A program made the position numbers and the translations under genes. A stretch of 54,831 nt of DNA from Candidatus Dormiibacterota bacterium (GTDB taxonomy: Bacteria > Chloroflexota > Dormibacteria > Aeolococcales > Aeolococcaceae), in the NCBI GenBank assembly GCA_003153125.1, contig PLWW01000123.1, positions 10,463 through 65,293 on the forward strand, written 5' to 3'. Below, in pieces: positions 29,244 to 37,612 of the stretch. A model generated the notes under the pieces. It was not told the origin of the DNA. It made no database searches and saw nothing but the letters and a program-made list of their open reading frames with translations. Numbering within the stretch: position 1 is the stretch's first letter; every line of letters starts with the position of its first letter.

Positions 29244-30008
29244 TCAGGCGCGAGCGGCGCCCGCGCGGTGACGCTGGCGCCGCCGCCGCCGCCACGACAG
29301 AAGGGCACCGCCCGGCAGCGCCAGGACGACTGCCGCTGCGGCCGGAGTGTCGAAGAGCAGGGCCGAGGGGTCGGTGACCAGCGTCGGCCCGCCGCCCAGC
29401 CCGAAGTGGGCGAAGGGCAGCACCCGCACGAATGCCTTGGCGAGGACGTTCTTGCGGGGAACGAGGCCGAAGCTTCTGGAGTCGCTGGACTTGTTGCGGT
29501 TGTCGCCCATCACGAAATACTCGCCGGCGGGGATGCTGATCGCCTCCGCAACCGACGATGCCGTGCCACCGGGGAGACAGCAGTAGTTCATCGTGTCCCA
29601 TGCCTCCGGGAGATACGGCTCCTTGACGCGCTGCCAGGGTCCGCCGCCGCCCGGCTTGATGAGCAGCGCCGTCGGCGTCTGCGCACCGTCGATCTCGAGC
29701 GTGTCGCCGGGAACGCCGATCACGCGCTTGATGAAATCCTTGGTGGGATCGGTCGGCGGGATGAGCACGACGATGTCCCCGCGCTGCGGATCCCCGAAGT
29801 AGTAGGAGATCTTGCTGGCGAGGAGAAGGTCGTTGTTCTGCAGGGTGCCGACCATGCTCTCGCCATCGACGCGCACCGTCTGGAGGGCGCTCCAGATGGC
29901 CACGTAGAGAACGAGCGCGATGATGACCACCTCGAGGACGTCACGGACGAGGCCGTGAGGGCGGCGCCCCCACCACGGCCTGGAGATCGGGGTGGGTTCT
30001 GGCTGCAC
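29244..30008 (-). CDS. lepB: Signal peptidase I
   Basis: GESM (Ser), FIKRVIG (Lys), GDNRNKSSDSR. Confidence 0.95.
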   Translation of the reverse strand: MQPEPTPISRPWWGRRPHGLVRDVLEVVIIALVLYVAIWSALQTVRVDGESMVGTLQNNDLLLASKISYYFGDPQRGDIVVLIPPTDPTKDFIKRVIGVPGDTLEIDGAQTPTALLIKPGGGGPWQRVKEPYLPEAWDTMNYCCLPGGTASSVAEAISIPAGEYFVMGDNRNKSSDSRSFGLVPRKNVLAKAFVRVLPFAHFGLGGGPTLVTDPSALLFDTPAAAAVVLALPGGALLSWRRRRRQRHRAGAARA

Positions 30009-30228
30009 GCGTCGTGATTATACGGAGGCCCCCCCGCGCCGCCCGCGCGGAACCGCAGCGACCCCGGCGGCGAGCCGCCGTGATGGCGCCGGCACGGTCA
30101 CCGCTGCAGTGATCGATGCAGCGGCGCCCCTCCCCAGGCGGGCGCTGACGTCGTGGTGTCCACGCTGCCACAATGGACAGCGGCTCCGCGGGAGCAGTGC
30201 GTCATCCAGACAACAGGCGAGGAACACG

Positions 30229-30858
30229 ATGGCTCTGCTGACACAAACGCCGTACAAGGCACGCGAGTTCGACCTCTCCGGCCTGGTCGGCATCTCCGAC
30301 AGGACGCTCGAGACCCACTTCGGTCTTTATGCCGGGTATGTCAAAAACACGAACACACTCAACGAGCAGCTCGTTGAGCTGACCCGGGCCGGCAAGGTGG
30401 GAAGCCTGTCGTACGCTGAGCTCACCCGCCGGCTCGGCTTCGAATACAACGGCATGGTGCTGCACGAGTGGTACTTCGGCAACATGACCAAGAACGGTAA
30501 CGGCGGCGAGATCTCCAGCTCCTCCGACCTCGGCCGCGCCCTCGGCGAGTCGTTCGGCGACCTCGAGACCTGGCGCAAGGACTTTGTCGGTGTGGGCGGC
30601 ATGCGCGGCGTCGGCTGGGCGGTCACCTATCTCGACCCAGCCACGGGCCGTCTCAGCAACCACTGGATCACCCTGCACGAGGATGGCAACATCGCCGGCT
30701 TCAAGCCGATCGTGGTGATGGATGTCTGGGAGCACGCCTTCCTGCTCGACTACAAGCCGGCGGAGCGCCCCAAGTACATCGAATCGTTCCTCGCCAACCT
30801 CGACGTCAGCGCCGCAGAGGCGAGACTGGCGGGGACGCTCGGCCGGCCGGTCGGCTGA
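30229..30858 (+). CDS. Fe/Mn superoxide dismutase
   Basis: Ligands TH, LHE, DVWEHA. Confidence 0.92.
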   Translation: MALLTQTPYKAREFDLSGLVGISDRTLETHFGLYAGYVKNTNTLNEQLVELTRAGKVGSLSYAELTRRLGFEYNGMVLHEWYFGNMTKNGNGGEISSSSDLGRALGESFGDLETWRKDFVGVGGMRGVGWAVTYLDPATGRLSNHWITLHEDGNIAGFKPIVVMDVWEHAFLLDYKPAERPKYIESFLANLDVSAAEARLAGTLGRPVG

Positions 30859-30871
30859 GCACTCACGCAGG

Positions 30872-31795
30872 TCAGAGCGGCGCGCCGCCCAGCTTGAGGT
30901 AGAGCGCATCGAGGTCCTCGTCGTCGTGGAATGCCACGACCACGCGGCCTCCCCTGCCCCTGCGTTCGACGTCCACCGGCAACCCGACGGCGGCCTCCAG
31001 GCCGCGCCGAAGCGCCTCGTCGTCGGGACTGAGGGGGGGCCGCGCAATGGCGGCGCGGGGTGACGGCGCACGTCCCTGCGCAGCCTGCACGGCGGTTTCC
31101 GTCTGGCGCACGGACCAGCCCTGTTCGATTGCTCGCCTCGCCATCAACTCCTGCCTCTCGTCGTCGCTCAGGCCGAGCAGGGCGCGAGCGTGGCCGGCGC
31201 TGAGCGTCCCCTGGGCGACGGCTCGCTGTATCGGGGCAGGGAGGGCGAGGAGTCGGATGGTGTTGGAGATGGCTGGACGGCTGCGTCCGAGGCGCAGGGC
31301 GATGGCCTCGTGCGACATCCCAAAGGTGTCGGCCATCCGCGAGTAGGCGGCCGCCTCCTCCATGGGGCTGAGGTCGGCGCGGGCGAGGTTCTCGGTGAGG
31401 GCGGTCTCGAGCGACTGCCGCGCCGACTCCGCCGCGGGGCGGACGATCGCCTGGATCAGGGGCAGGCCGGCGAGGCGCACCGCGCGAAGCCGTCGTTCGC
31501 CGGCCACGAGGCGGTACGGCGGCCCGGCACCCTCCACGACGATGGGATGCAGGAGCCCGTGGGTCCGGATGGATTCCCCCAGGGCGACAAGGGCGGCGGC
31601 GTCAAAATCACGGCGCGGTTGCTCCGGGTTGGGCTCCACAAGCGCGGGATCGACCTCGATCAGGGCGGCGACGTCGCCCGGGGGATGGGCGGGGCGCTCG
31701 GCGGCTGCGTCAGGAGCCGGGCCGAGCAGGGCGTCCAGGCCGCGGCCGAGGCCCCGGCGCCGTGGACCGCTGTACCCGGGGTGCTGTGTGGTCAC
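30872..31795 (-). CDS. parB: Chromosome partitioning protein ParB
   Basis: GLGRGL, NPEQPR, AGERRLRA, ENLARADL, HTH. Confidence 0.96.
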   Translation of the reverse strand: MTTQHPGYSGPRRRGLGRGLDALLGPAPDAAAERPAHPPGDVAALIEVDPALVEPNPEQPRRDFDAAALVALGESIRTHGLLHPIVVEGAGPPYRLVAGERRLRAVRLAGLPLIQAIVRPAAESARQSLETALTENLARADLSPMEEAAAYSRMADTFGMSHEAIALRLGRSRPAISNTIRLLALPAPIQRAVAQGTLSAGHARALLGLSDDERQELMARRAIEQGWSVRQTETAVQAAQGRAPSPRAAIARPPLSPDDEALRRGLEAAVGLPVDVERRGRGGRVVVAFHDDEDLDALYLKLGGAPL

Positions 31796-32601
31796 GTCGC
31801 CGCCCCCGCCGCGAGCGCGCTGCGCTGTCGCTCCCGTTCGGCCAGGCGCAGGTCGAGGTTGGCGGCCAGCTCCGCGTAGGCCAGCGCGCCTCGGCAGGTG
31901 GGGTCGTAGAGGTCCACGGGCAGGCCGTGGCTGGGGGCTTCGCTGAGGCGGACGTTGCGCGGGATGAGGGGAAGCAGGAGCTCGTCGGCGAACCTGGCCC
32001 TCACCTCGTCGACGACCTGGTGAGCCAGGGCGAGGCGACCGTCGAACAGCGTCATCACGATGCCCGCGATGCGCAGCTGGGGGTTGAGCTCACGGCGGAG
32101 CAGGCTGAGCGTGTGGGTCAGCAGGCCCAGGCCCTCGAGAGCGTAGAACTCGCACTGGATGGGCACGAGCAGCGCGCCGGCCGCGGTGGCGGCGTTGACG
32201 GTGAGCAACCCCAGGCTGGGCGGGCAGTCGATGAGGATGTAGTCGACGTTGTCGACGCCCTCGAGCGCATAGGCAAGACGGCGCTCGCGAACCGGAAGCT
32301 CGATCATCTCGATCTCGGCGCCGGCCAGGTTGAGGTCGGCCGGGACGAGCTCGAGGCCGGGCACCACCGTCTGGATGCGCGCCTCCGCGATGGGCCGGCC
32401 GGACACGATCACGTCGTAGCTGGTGCCATGCACAGCCGAGCGATCGACCCCCAGGCCCGAGGTGGCATTGGCCTGAGGATCGATGTCGATGATGAGCACC
32501 CTCCGCCCCTTCGCCGCCAGGGCGGAGCCGACGTTGATGGTGGTCGTCGTCTTGCCGACGCCCCCCTTCTGATTGGCAACGGCCAGGACATGCGGAGCCA
32601 C
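31792..32601 (-). CDS. parA: Chromosome partitioning ATPase ParA/Soj
   Basis: NQKGGVGKTTT, DPQANAT, DCPPSLG, LSEAPSHG. Confidence 0.97.
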   Translation of the reverse strand: MAPHVLAVANQKGGVGKTTTTINVGSALAAKGRRVLIIDIDPQANATSGLGVDRSAVHGTSYDVIVSGRPIAEARIQTVVPGLELVPADLNLAGAEIEMIELPVRERRLAYALEGVDNVDYILIDCPPSLGLLTVNAATAAGALLVPIQCEFYALEGLGLLTHTLSLLRRELNPQLRIAGIVMTLFDGRLALAHQVVDEVRARFADELLLPLIPRNVRLSEAPSHGLPVDLYDPTCRGALAYAELAANLDLRLAERERQRSALAAGAAT

Positions 32602-32670
32602 CGCCGGATTATCGGTTGCGGCGACGGCGTGACGCTGCCGCCTCGGGGGCCAGGAGGTTCGGCAGCGGAG

Positions 32671-32758
32671 TTATCCACCGTATCCCCAACCCGGAGGACT
32701 CGCCCTGGATGGCTCGCCGAGATCAAAATGGGGCTCCGGGAAGCCCACCTGTGGAAAA
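32671..32758. promoter_or_regulatory. DnaA-like boxes upstream of parA
   Basis: TTATCCACC (32671) and TGTGGAAAA (32750), each one mismatch from TTATCCACA. Confidence 0.55.
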
Positions 32759-32813
32759 CTCGTGGCGTCGGAGCGTTTGCAGGTGGCGCCGGTAGCGGAG
32801 GGGCAGGAGCACG

Positions 32814-32829
32814 CGTTCCACGTGGAACC
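32814..32829. other. parS centromere-like site
   Basis: Perfect palindrome core GTTCCACGTGGAAC matching the parS consensus GTTNCACGTGNAAC, about 210 bp upstream of parA. Confidence 0.85.
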
Positions 32830-32881
32830 GCGCGGTTCGGCGGCGCGCCGTGCGGTCGACGCCGGCTCGTACAATCCTCGG

Positions 32882-33529
32882 GTGCCCGCCTCCCGCGCTC
32901 ACCAGTGGCGTTTTGTGGTTGCCGCGCCCCCTCGCGAGGTCTTCGCGGTCATGGAGCAGATGATCGGCACGCCCCCATACCGGTTCGAGGTCTTGGGCGA
33001 GAACAGCGCGAGGATCGTCGAGTTCCAGCGCAACAGCCTGGTGGGGCACTGGCGCCGCGTCGACGGCGGCGGCCGCGGCGCCGGCCGCGAGCGCCAGCCA
33101 ACACGCAACCAGCGTTGGGTGACCTGCTCGGCGGTCGTGGAGGACGCCGGCACGGTCATCGAGATGGAGGCAAGCAAGGGCCGCGGCACACTGCCGCGCG
33201 CCCTCCAGTTGATAGGAGTTCTCAGCCGGGGAGCGCACGATCCGCGCACCATCTACCGAACCCGCCAGATCCCGCCGGGCCCGGTCAGCCTCGTGGCCTC
33301 CTGGGCCGGCATGGGTTATGCCCTCTACGACGCCCCTGAGCGAGCGGCGCCCCGCGGCACCGCGGTGTTCACCGCGACACGGATGGCAGCGATCCCGGGT
33401 GGCACCGCGGAGTTTGTCAAGGTGCGTCTCAGCGATGGCACCGAGGGCTACGTGGAGCGCGACCAGGTGGTGTCAGCCCCCGACCGGGCCACCCGCGAAG
33501 CAGGTCTCGAGGCGGCTCGCAACGTCTGA
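32882..33529 (+). CDS. Hypothetical protein with a C-terminal SH3b-like domain
   Basis: C-terminal FVKVRLSDGTEGYV; TACAAT 6 nt before GTG 32882. Confidence 0.65.
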   Translation: MPASRAHQWRFVVAAPPREVFAVMEQMIGTPPYRFEVLGENSARIVEFQRNSLVGHWRRVDGGGRGAGRERQPTRNQRWVTCSAVVEDAGTVIEMEASKGRGTLPRALQLIGVLSRGAHDPRTIYRTRQIPPGPVSLVASWAGMGYALYDAPERAAPRGTAVFTATRMAAIPGGTAEFVKVRLSDGTEGYVERDQVVSAPDRATREAGLEAARNV

Positions 33530-33531
33530 AC

Positions 33532-33571
33532 GCAGAGAAGCGGCGGACCCATGCTGGGTCCGCCGCTCTGC
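33532..33571. terminator. GC-rich hairpin, probable terminator
   Basis: AGCGGCGGACCCA-TGC-TGGGTCCGCCGCT stem with a GCAGAG/CTCTGC extension, right after the stop codon; no U tract. Confidence 0.65.
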
Positions 33572-34048
33572 GTCGAAGCGTCGGGGACATGCGAGACGGC
33601 CTGCGTCTCTCCAGTGCACGGGCGAGCCGCGCTACCTTGTGTCCGCCCCGGCGATCAGCCCGCCACCTCGTCGCGGGTCGGCTGAGTACTACCGGAACAA
33701 TCGGTCATGGGCAGGTCCCTCCTTTTTCCAGAGTGCCCCGTCGCCGTTCCGCGTGCGTGGGTTGAGGTTGCGGGCGACTGCGGGGCCGAGAAACGCGCCG
33801 TCAGTGTATCGAACCCCGGCGCCCCGCACCATCCCTCGACCCCGGCCACCCAATGGTTACCGCCATCGTTGGCCAGATCACTCGGCCGAGCGAGAGTTGC
33901 GGCGGCGTGTGGTCGGCTCGGTGAACGCGGCGCCAACGCGATGACGCAGCGGCTCAGCGCGGAGGCGATTCCACGCCCAGAACGCAAGGGGAATCGCCAT
34001 CTGCCACAAGCCTTTTCGCGTCGCAGCGTGGCACTTCGGCGCGCCCGG

Positions 34049-34780
34049 TCACGTGCTGTTGAGCGATCCCTGGATCACGGCCGAACCGGAGGGTGCGGTG
34101 CTGCCACCGACTGGTTCCGCGGTCGCGGCAACCGTCGAAAACCCGCTCAGGCTGCCGTGCATGACCGCGGTCCACGTACCGTCGGGCTGGCGGTCGAGGA
34201 AGGCGGCGGCAACCGCCGAGCCGGTGGGGCGAAGCAACCAGACCTCGTAGACGCTCGTCCCGGAGGCCACCGCCGCGGGCGCCGGCAACCCGGTCACGGT
34301 GAGCACCCCCTGCGCGTCGGCCGGCGTGTAGACGAGTTGCCCGTGCGCGTGCGGCGCCGCCGTGGTCCCGGCGATCGCCACCGTCGAGGACGCGGGCGGC
34401 CGATTGGCGAGTGACCACGAGCCGACGGCGACCAGCGCCACGACGGCCACCGCGGCGAGCGCGGTGAAGCCGCGTCCCACGGGCAACCCCGCCCACAGCC
34501 GTTGCCACCACGGCGCTTGGCGCGGCGCCGCCACCCCCCTGCCTGCCTGGGCCGCCTCGGCGTAGACGGCGCGCATCAGCCGGCCGCGCAATTCGGGCGA
34601 CGGCTGTAGCGGTTCGAGGGCGAGCGGCATGCGGGCCGCGGCGGCAAGGTAGGTCCCGGCGACGTGGCGACAGTCCGCGCCGTCGGCGAGGTGCTCCTGG
34701 AGGGGCTCCTGGTCGGCGAGGTCTAGGGAACCCACTGACAGGGCGGCAGCGAGCAGGTCGGCTTCTTCGCAGGAGATCAC
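34049..34780 (-). CDS. RskA-like anti-sigma factor
   Basis: ZAS-like N-terminus, PSPELRGRL, TM helix, VYEVW and TAEPVGGSTAP. Confidence 0.88.
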   Translation of the reverse strand: MISCEEADLLAAALSVGSLDLADQEPLQEHLADGADCRHVAGTYLAAAARMPLALEPLQPSPELRGRLMRAVYAEAAQAGRGVAAPRQAPWWQRLWAGLPVGRGFTALAAVAVVALVAVGSWSLANRPPASSTVAIAGTTAAPHAHGQLVYTPADAQGVLTVTGLPAPAAVASGTSVYEVWLLRPTGSAVAAAFLDRQPDGTWTAVMHGSLSGFSTVAATAEPVGGSTAPSGSAVIQGSLNST

Positions 34781-35379
34781 GCCATGCCCCCGGCGACGGG
34801 AAGCTCGAGCAACCCGCGGAGCTTGCGCAGCGCCAGCCGCGTCCGACCCTTGACCGTGCCAAGCGGCACCTGCATGAGGTCGCTGATCTCCGTCTGCGAG
34901 TACCCGCCGTAGTAGGCGAGCTCGATCGTCTCGCGCTGTTCGATCGAGAGCTCGCTCAGGGCGGTCTTCAGCTGTTCGCGCTCCAGGACCTCGACCACCT
35001 GGTCCCAGGTGTCGGAGACGGAGGTGACCGCGATCGGCGCGTGCTCGAGAGCCAGGTCCTGGCGGGGGCGCCCCGCGCGTCCGCGGAGCCGGTCGAGGGC
35101 ACGGTGATGCACGATCGAACACACCCACGTGCGCAGACTGCCGCGATCGCTGCGATAGGTCGAAGCACGCCTCCACACGCTCAAGAAGGCCTCCTGGACG
35201 ACGTCCTCGGCAGCGCCAGTGTCATTGAGGACACGGAACGCCAGGGTGTAGGCGAGGGCCGAGTAGCGGTCGTAGAGCATCTCGATCCCTTCGGGCTCGG
35301 CTCGCGCGAGGAGATCGAGCATCCTGTCGTCGGAGCCGATCACACCGTCCTGGCCGCCGTGGTCGCTCTTGCCTGGCAC
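34777..35379 (-). CDS. ECF sigma factor (SigK-like)
   Basis: AEDVVQEAF, IELAYYGGYSQTEI, PLGTVKGR; coupled to the anti-sigma gene. Confidence 0.93.
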   Translation of the reverse strand: MPGKSDHGGQDGVIGSDDRMLDLLARAEPEGIEMLYDRYSALAYTLAFRVLNDTGAAEDVVQEAFLSVWRRASTYRSDRGSLRTWVCSIVHHRALDRLRGRAGRPRQDLALEHAPIAVTSVSDTWDQVVEVLEREQLKTALSELSIEQRETIELAYYGGYSQTEISDLMQVPLGTVKGRTRLALRKLRGLLELPVAGGMA

Positions 35380-35421
35380 ACGCGCTCCCTCTTACGCGCG
35401 CCGACCGCGCGTGGATCACGC

Positions 35422-35796
35422 CTAGTAGATGCCGAGCTCCAGGCGGGCCTCGTCCGAGGCCATCGTGCGCGGATCCCAGGGGGGCGACCAGACAAGTTCC
35501 ACGTGCACGTCACGCACCCCGGGGAGACCGTTGCACACTGCGTGGGCCTGTCCCTGGATGAGGCTGCCCATGGGGCAGTAGGGGGTGGTGAGCGTCATGT
35601 TGATGCTGAGCAGGCCGTTGTCGTCGATCTCCGAGCCGTAGACAAGGCCCAGCGAGACGATGTCGATACCGATCTCCGGGTCGAACACCTCGCTCAGGGC
35701 GGCGAGGACCAGCTCGGGAGACGCCTTGGCGACCGCGGGCGCGGTGATCCCGCCCGGCGGCGCCGGCTCGGTGACGATGCTGTCCCGCTCGTTCAT
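35422..35796 (-). CDS. sufT: SufT/DUF59 Fe-S assembly protein
   Basis: DPEIGIDIVSLGLVY, TLTTPYCP, PPW. Confidence 0.9.
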   Translation of the reverse strand: MNERDSIVTEPAPPGGITAPAVAKASPELVLAALSEVFDPEIGIDIVSLGLVYGSEIDDNGLLSINMTLTTPYCPMGSLIQGQAHAVCNGLPGVRDVHVELVWSPPWDPRTMASDEARLELGIY

Positions 35797-36239
35797 ATCA
35801 GATCCTCCGGCGGCCCGAGTGCCTGAAGCAGCGCGTTGCACGGGAGCGTCGCACACTTGACCCGCACGGGATATGCGCGCACGCCCTGGAGCGCCTCGAG
35901 GTCACCGAGGTCGTCGGGGCTTCCGCCCTCCACGAGCATTGCCCGGAATCGGCCGGCCACGTCGCGGGCGCGCTCCCGGCTGAGGCCGCTGACCTCGTCG
36001 CAGAGCATGCTGCAGGCCGCCTGGCTGATCGAGCAGCCGGTACCCTCGAAGCCGATGGCGGCCACCTGCTCGCCGGCGAACCGCACCGAGATGTCGATCT
36101 GGTCGCCACACAGCGGGTTGTCGGCCTCGACGACAGCGTCCGCCGGGTCGACACGACCACGGTGACGGGGGTGGCGGTAGTGGTCGAGGATGATCTCGCG
36201 GTAGAGATCGTCGGCGACCGGCGTAAATCCGACCTGCAT
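35793..36239 (-). CDS. sufU: SufU sulfur transfer/scaffold protein
   Basis: LYREIILDHY, NPLCGD, GCSISQA, RVKCATL. Confidence 0.93.
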   Translation of the reverse strand: MQVGFTPVADDLYREIILDHYRHPRHRGRVDPADAVVEADNPLCGDQIDISVRFAGEQVAAIGFEGTGCSISQAACSMLCDEVSGLSRERARDVAGRFRAMLVEGGSPDDLGDLEALQGVRAYPVRVKCATLPCNALLQALGPPEDLI

Positions 36240-36250
36240 GGTCAGAATTA
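36224..36250. promoter_or_regulatory. Rrf2/IscR-type operator, copy 1
   Basis: TAAATCCGACC-N5-GGTCAGAATTA palindrome overlapping the sufU -10 box (TATAAT) and start codon. Confidence 0.75.
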
Positions 36251-36295
36251 TACCGCGGCGAGCCGAGCAACCCCGGGCGGGCGACAATTCTGGGG

Positions 36296-37504
36296 ATGCT
36301 CAGGCTCCGCCGTCCGCGCACGTCTCCGCTGTTCTGGCTGCTCAGCGGCCAGCTGATCATGTTCGCCGGGGTGGCCGCCATCTTCCCGATCGCGCCGTTG
36401 TACGTGCGCAGGCACGGCGGCGGATCGCTGGCCATCGCCCTGTTCATCGCCGGCCCGCTGATCGCCAACATGCTGGTGCAGGTTCCCGCAGGTCGTCTCA
36501 CCGACCGCGTCGGCCGCCGCCCCATGCTGCTGGGCTCGCGGGCGGCGTTCGGCGCTCTCTCCCTCGCCCTGTTCGCCGACGTCGGGCCCCTCTGGCTCCT
36601 GGCCACGTTGCGAACCCTCCAGGGAGTGTCCTCAGGCGCGTATGTGCCGGCGCTGCGTGCCGCGGTCGTCGACCTCAGCGGGCCCGAGAAGCGCGCAGAG
36701 GGGTTTGCCAAGCTGCAGGCGTGCGAGATGGTCGGCCTCCTGGTCGGCCCCTTCATCGGCGGCGCCGTGGCGCTCTGGCGCGACTCGGCCATCTTCGGCG
36801 TGGCCGGCGTGGCCGTCCTCTTCGGGCTGCTGGCCATGCGGCGCATCCCCGAGACGCGCGTTCTCCATGATGCCGATGAGAAGCCCGTGCGTTTCCGCTG
36901 GTGGCGCAACCCGGGTGTCCTGGTGCCGGCCCTCGGTGTCGCGGCGCTGGGAACGGTGTTCTCGATGTACGACGTCGTCTGGCCGCTCTACCTCTCGGCG
37001 CGCGGCAACAGCAGCCTCGTCATCGGCATCACCATCAGCCTGTTCGCCGTGCCCCTGCTGATTCTGGCGCGCCCCGGCGGCCGCTTGGCGGATCGGTCCA
37101 ACCGGCGCTGGCTGATGGTGGCATCGTTCGCCGTGAGCGGCGGGTGCGCCGCGCTGTACCCCGCGCTGCGATCACTCGGGTTGATCATCGCGCTCGGCAC
37201 GGTGGAGGCCTGCGCGTATGTGCTGATCGAGCCGACCATGTTCGCTGTGATCAGTGACAGCAGCAACGCGCAGGACCGCGGCCGGGCGATGGGCATCGGT
37301 GGCCTTTTTCAGTTCGGTGGCATGGCTTTCGGCGCGCTGGTGCTCGGAGCGCTGTATGGCGTCGGGGAGGGCATCTCCTTCTGGGGGGCCGCCGGGGTCC
37401 TGGTCGCCGCGGCCGTTCTCTGTGCCTTCGCACTCCCCCCGCGAGCGCCGCAACGGCCATCGGTACGCTCGGAGCGCCTGGCCATGAACCCACTGGAGTC
37501 GTGA
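36296..37504 (+). CDS. MFS transporter (DHA1-like)
   Basis: GRLTDRVGRR motif A and GRLADRSNRR; about 12 TM helices. Confidence 0.9.
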   Translation: MLRLRRPRTSPLFWLLSGQLIMFAGVAAIFPIAPLYVRRHGGGSLAIALFIAGPLIANMLVQVPAGRLTDRVGRRPMLLGSRAAFGALSLALFADVGPLWLLATLRTLQGVSSGAYVPALRAAVVDLSGPEKRAEGFAKLQACEMVGLLVGPFIGGAVALWRDSAIFGVAGVAVLFGLLAMRRIPETRVLHDADEKPVRFRWWRNPGVLVPALGVAALGTVFSMYDVVWPLYLSARGNSSLVIGITISLFAVPLLILARPGGRLADRSNRRWLMVASFAVSGGCAALYPALRSLGLIIALGTVEACAYVLIEPTMFAVISDSSNAQDRGRAMGIGGLFQFGGMAFGALVLGALYGVGEGISFWGAAGVLVAAAVLCAFALPPRAPQRPSVRSERLAMNPLES

Positions 37505-37612
37505 CGGTCCGACCACCCAGTCTTCGCCGTGCCCATGCTGTTCTTGCGGGTGGACGCGCCGGCGGATGCGCCGTCTACGGTGGACCGCAGCTGCGCAACG
37601 CCTGACTCATCC

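Noticed and set aside
32762-32881. N-terminal extension of ORF 32762-33529
   Set aside because: It overlaps parS and the TACAAT box; GTG 32882 is the better start.
33450-33657. Possible selenocysteine readthrough of the small ORF's TGA
   Set aside because: No redox motif, no recognisable SECIS, and the extension would cross the hairpin into the opposite gene.
33780-33830. GGGGCG...GGTTCGA on the minus strand resembling tRNA/tmRNA
   Set aside because: No cloverleaf, no tmRNA 3' T-arm/CCA end and no plausible tag peptide.
35496-35509. parS-like GTTCCACGTGCACG in sufT
   Set aside because: The right half-site is broken and it lies in coding sequence.
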